Shown here piece by piece: positions 60,463 through 64,000 of a DNA stretch of 64,000 nucleotides. Both the position numbers and the translations under genes were made by a program. A model generated the notes under the pieces. That model searched no databases. It had not been told where the DNA came from and saw only the letters and a list, made by a program, of their open reading frames with translations. Origin of the DNA: Nitrospinaceae bacterium (GTDB lineage Bacteria > Nitrospinota > Nitrospinia > Nitrospinales > Nitrospinaceae); assembly GCA_965237905.1 (NCBI GenBank), contig OZ250172.1, positions 800,001 to 864,000 of the forward strand. The letters run 5' to 3'. Every line of letters starts with the position of its first letter. Positions within the stretch are counted from its first letter, which is position 1.

Positions 60463-61482
60463 TTACGACAGAGAATTCCGATCTATTTTTTCCATCAGAT
60501 GATCCAGAATTTCCTTGCCACTGGCAAATCGGTTCGAGGCTCCTTTTTCTCTGAACCATCGGCGCATTTTGTTCAGAATCTGGTAATAGGGGTAGCGGGA
60601 AAAATAATGCTTTAAAGTGGTTCTTCGGGCCACTATATTTTTGATCCGCTCAAAATTCCCATCTATTTCAGCCTGGACTTCCCGGGGTGCCGCGCCATTT
60701 TTTTTGAAAATCTGACGGATATTGCCCCCGTCTCCGGGTATTGCTTTCTCGACCACTGTAAATCCCGCCCGCTCAGCCATTCGGCTCAATGTGGATTGAT
60801 TGAAATTATACAAATGCGCCGTATGGAAAGTATTGTTGGGCGATTGGCAGGTGGCCTCAACGTTCGGCACCTCAATGACCAGTAACCCATCGGTGGCCAG
60901 AAAAGAATGAATTCTTTTCAGGATGTCCGCCGGGTTGTCCATGTGCTCAAAAACATGCCACAGAGTGACCATCTCGAATGAGTTCTCTTCGAATTGAGTA
61001 TTTTGAAGAAAGCCGACTTTAATATTCAGCTGATATTCACTCTTCGCGTATTCCGCGTAACCTTCATTGGGCTCGATGCCGAAGGCGTTATAACCCAATT
61101 TATTCAGCAGATATAAAAACTCGCCTCCTCCCGAACCCACCTCCAGAACCCTCCAGCGGGGCTTTAACAAATGCTTGAGCAGATTGAAACGGCCCAAGGC
61201 CGCATGGGCGGATCTGAAAATATGTTTTTTCTTTGGGGTATACGTCCCTTTATATCGAATGCGATAGTGCTTTTGATAATAATTATAGGGATCAATGAGA
61301 AAAGGATGGCTCCAAACTAACCCGCATTTTTTGCAAATGACGGTATTGAGGGGTTGGTTTCCTCTTCCAATAGCGCACAAAACATCGTATTCCGTTGAAC
61401 CGCACAGGTTGCATTGACTGGAGAGACTTATGGTTGGGGGGGGTTCCAGGGAATCCGGCTTTGAGTGATCGAGAGCGGGCAT
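60463..61482 (-). CDS. Class I SAM-dependent methyltransferase with N-terminal Zn-finger
   Basis: CNLC...CKKC, LEVGSGGG, GIEP, WHVFEH, IEVPN. Confidence 0.88.
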   Translation of the reverse strand: MPALDHSKPDSLEPPPTISLSSQCNLCGSTEYDVLCAIGRGNQPLNTVICKKCGLVWSHPFLIDPYNYYQKHYRIRYKGTYTPKKKHIFRSAHAALGRFNLLKHLLKPRWRVLEVGSGGGEFLYLLNKLGYNAFGIEPNEGYAEYAKSEYQLNIKVGFLQNTQFEENSFEMVTLWHVFEHMDNPADILKRIHSFLATDGLLVIEVPNVEATCQSPNNTFHTAHLYNFNQSTLSRMAERAGFTVVEKAIPGDGGNIRQIFKKNGAAPREVQAEIDGNFERIKNIVARRTTLKHYFSRYPYYQILNKMRRWFREKGASNRFASGKEILDHLMEKIDRNSLS

Positions 61483-61659
61483 AAGGGCATCGGGAACGAA
61501 ACTTCTATTTATGAAATGACGTTTTTATTCTCAGGGTGTCCAAAATCCAATCTAAAACAGGGAATTCACTTTATCGACAGCTCCAAGATTTTCCATAGAC
61601 ACCAGTATTATATTATAACACGATGATAGCCGCGGCAACCACGAATCCGCTGGATCGCC

Positions 61660-62427
61660 CTACGGTTTTTGAGTGAGGTCCGGTTTGCCGTCGAAGTTCC
61701 GGTCCTTTTCCACGCGAGTGGTTTTTCCGTTTTTATCCAGAAATTCCCAATAGTCAGCTTTGTCATCGTGGTTGGTGTCATAGGCCACGCGCTCCAATTT
61801 TTCCGAAGCATTGAAATACTGCCACTGATCGGGTTTTTGGTCGCCGTTGGTATCGAACGCGGCCTCCGCTATTGTTTTCTGACGAAACCGGTCCCAACGA
61901 TCCACCTTCCCATTATGGTCAACGTCATACTCCGCCCTTTCCAAGACACCCTGATCGTTATAAAACTTCCAGGCATTGATCTTGCCGTCGTGGTTGTCGT
62001 CGATTTCCCCGCGCACTAATTTTCCTGCCGGGTTGTAAAATTCCTTCCAATCGATTTCACCATCGTTGTCGGAATCTTTTTCGATGCGGTCCACCTGATT
62101 CTTCCCGGAATAATACTGGATCTGATCGAACGTCCCATTGTGATCCGTATCAAATTCGATGCGGTCCAGTTTCTTGTCCGACTTGAAGAACTGCACCTGG
62201 TCGACTGCGCCGTTGTAGTTCAGATCATACTCCACCTTAAGAATCTGACCGGAGGCGGAGACATGATGCCATTGATCGACCTTACCGTCGAAATTGGAGT
62301 CCACCTCCATCCTGCCGGCGAACAGGAGAGTGGGACAGACCAGGCACCACCCCACAATTGCGAATATCCAAAACAATTTTTTGCGCACGGTCACTCCCGA
62401 AAGGAAACAATGCGCAAATTGTAGCAT
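61660..62427 (-). CDS. Exported protein with nine ~25-aa Dx(N/D)x(D/N)GxxD repeats
   Basis: Signal peptide followed by a repeated calcium-loop-like motif; true start probably GTG near 62390. Confidence 0.8.
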   Translation of the reverse strand: MLQFAHCFLSGVTVRKKLFWIFAIVGWCLVCPTLLFAGRMEVDSNFDGKVDQWHHVSASGQILKVEYDLNYNGAVDQVQFFKSDKKLDRIEFDTDHNGTFDQIQYYSGKNQVDRIEKDSDNDGEIDWKEFYNPAGKLVRGEIDDNHDGKINAWKFYNDQGVLERAEYDVDHNGKVDRWDRFRQKTIAEAAFDTNGDQKPDQWQYFNASEKLERVAYDTNHDDKADYWEFLDKNGKTTRVEKDRNFDGKPDLTQKP

Positions 62428-62478
62428 GACCCACCGGAGGACAAATGACTTTTATCGAAAGGAGATGAGGATGGTTTT

Positions 62479-62979
62479 TTAACTCAACTGATTGATTTTG
62501 GCCTCAATCATTTTTTGAGTGATACCGCCGCCGAATATTTTTTCCCGTATAACACCATCGGGTGTAATGAAATAGGTAACCGGCAGGTGGAGCACCTCAT
62601 ATTCCTGGGAGACATCTCCATAGCCGTCCAGCAAAATAGGAAAACTCAAACGATTGATCTGCACAAATTCACCAATCTTTTCCTTGGATTCGGCAAGGTT
62701 GATTCCAATGATTTTAACTTTGGGATTTAAAGACTCATGGGCCTTTTGGAATTCAGGCAATTCTTTGATACATGGAACGCACCAGGTAGACCAAAAATTA
62801 AGGACAACGAATTGTCCTTTCAAATCGGACATTTTTACAATTTGACCATCCACGGCTTCCAACTTGAAAGTCGGGGCCGGCCCGCCCACCAGGGGCGGGG
62901 ACGCAGCCATTCCGACTAAAAAGAGACTTAAAAACACCACCCGAGCGCATCGGGATTTTGCAAACGATTTAGAAGCCAT
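62479..62979 (-). CDS. TlpA/ResA-like thiol-disulfide oxidoreductase
   Basis: NFWSTWCVPCIKELP, LPVTYFI. Confidence 0.9.
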   Translation of the reverse strand: MASKSFAKSRCARVVFLSLFLVGMAASPPLVGGPAPTFKLEAVDGQIVKMSDLKGQFVVLNFWSTWCVPCIKELPEFQKAHESLNPKVKIIGINLAESKEKIGEFVQINRLSFPILLDGYGDVSQEYEVLHLPVTYFITPDGVIREKIFGGGITQKMIEAKINQLS

Positions 62980-63967
62980 AAGAAATCCCCGCCATTAATC
63001 CAAAATTCGGAACCAGATTCACCTCGTTGACTCTCTGGTAGATCGGAATTTGGACATGAGTGTATAAAGAAACATTTTCCGAGGCGGTTAACACCACGCC
63101 CGGCGTAACATTTATAAAGGTGACCCCGGTATTCGGCACGTCCATACCCAAAAACTCGTCGCGCCGGGAAATCCTCGTATTGATTTGGGTGATCAGATTA
63201 ATTTTCTCGTTTAACTGGTAACTGACCCCTCCATCAATAAAGGTGCTGTCCCCAAATTCATAATCCAGGGAATTTTCAGTGGTGAACCGGTGGGACGCCG
63301 ATGCAAAAAAGCCCAACTTATTGGGAATGAGGGAAAAATTATAAAGCGCCGAGATGATCGGGTCGGTCGAGCCCGTGCCCGGCATGATGGTCGGCTCGTT
63401 GATTTCCCCTTCCGAGTTTAATAATTTGAAATCCCCGGTGGCAAATTTGACCCCGGCACCCGCGATCACCAAGTGCTTGGTCGTCTGCAACACGGCATAT
63501 TTTGCCATTAACGTAATGTCGCCAAAACCACTGGTCCCGTCCTGATTGGTGAATTCTGGTGGGGGCACAGGACCAGGCAAACCATCAATATGCTCATGCT
63601 TCCGGTCATTCAAAAAGGGCACGTTCACAGAAATAGTGAAACGCTCTGTCACGCCATAGCTGATATCGAGTTGGGCGAGTTCATTAATCGTTCTAAACTC
63701 CCTGTGGTGCTCCGGCTCAATCGCCCCGTCTTCAAATTCCACTTTGGCCACGTCCACATTCCCGTCAAAATCACTAGAGCCTTTTTTTCTGTCATCCTGA
63801 CGGATATAGCGATACGACAAATCCACCACGAACCGTCCTTCGTTGGCCAGGCCCGACTGGGATCCTCTGATCAAAGTACAATTGGAGGACCCACAACTGG
63901 CTTCAGCCAGTGAAATCAAATTCATCGTAAGAAAAATAGAAGTAATAACCATGCACAGCTTTTTCAT
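62969..63967 (-). CDS. Outer-membrane beta-barrel transporter-like protein with Cys/His motifs
   Basis: Signal peptide, SCGSSNC, EHHRE, HEHID, GFGDI, PGTGSTD, C-terminal SYGF. Confidence 0.75.
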   Translation of the reverse strand: MKKLCMVITSIFLTMNLISLAEASCGSSNCTLIRGSQSGLANEGRFVVDLSYRYIRQDDRKKGSSDFDGNVDVAKVEFEDGAIEPEHHREFRTINELAQLDISYGVTERFTISVNVPFLNDRKHEHIDGLPGPVPPPEFTNQDGTSGFGDITLMAKYAVLQTTKHLVIAGAGVKFATGDFKLLNSEGEINEPTIMPGTGSTDPIISALYNFSLIPNKLGFFASASHRFTTENSLDYEFGDSTFIDGGVSYQLNEKINLITQINTRISRRDEFLGMDVPNTGVTFINVTPGVVLTASENVSLYTHVQIPIYQRVNEVNLVPNFGLMAGISYGF

Positions 63968-64000
63968 TATTGCGTTTCCTTTCTAAAAATAGAGCGGGGC

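Overview
Bacterial chromosomal window of moderately high GC. Gene content and style suggest a Nitrospinota/Nitrospina-like or deltaproteobacterial-type diderm; this is an inference only. Most of the window is housekeeping: larE, proC, yggS, an atypical P-II protein, a divergent response regulator/histidine kinase pair, mutS2, tpx, a PreP-like M16 peptidase, xth, a cytochrome c maturation operon of System I* type (ccmE with CxxxY, ccmF, ccmH, ccmA, ccmB, ccmD, ccmC, tlpA), a complete dcw cluster from mraZ to ftsZ, queF, and groES-groEL with a CIRCE operator. The main accessory region is about 46.0-55.3 kb. Here a putative operon (radical SAM with CX7CX2C, YkgJ-like Cys-cluster protein, DUF1566-like protein, HNH) is interrupted by an AT-rich island. 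The island encodes a small MqsA-like HTH protein and a 1349-aa HTH + PD-(D/E)XK nuclease + STAND-like ATPase + helical-repeat protein, a candidate Avs-like antiviral system with its own palindromic operators. The region also has diverged gene-end duplications, an IS3-type end and two inverted MITE-like copies. Intergenic regions hold nested mosaics of short palindromic repeats, a dispersed ~100-nt repeat in three copies, two candidate sRNAs with promoter and terminator, and an unannotated 29-aa membrane peptide. I found no rRNA, tRNA, CRISPR array or reverse transcriptase. All product calls come from motif recognition by eye, without database searches.
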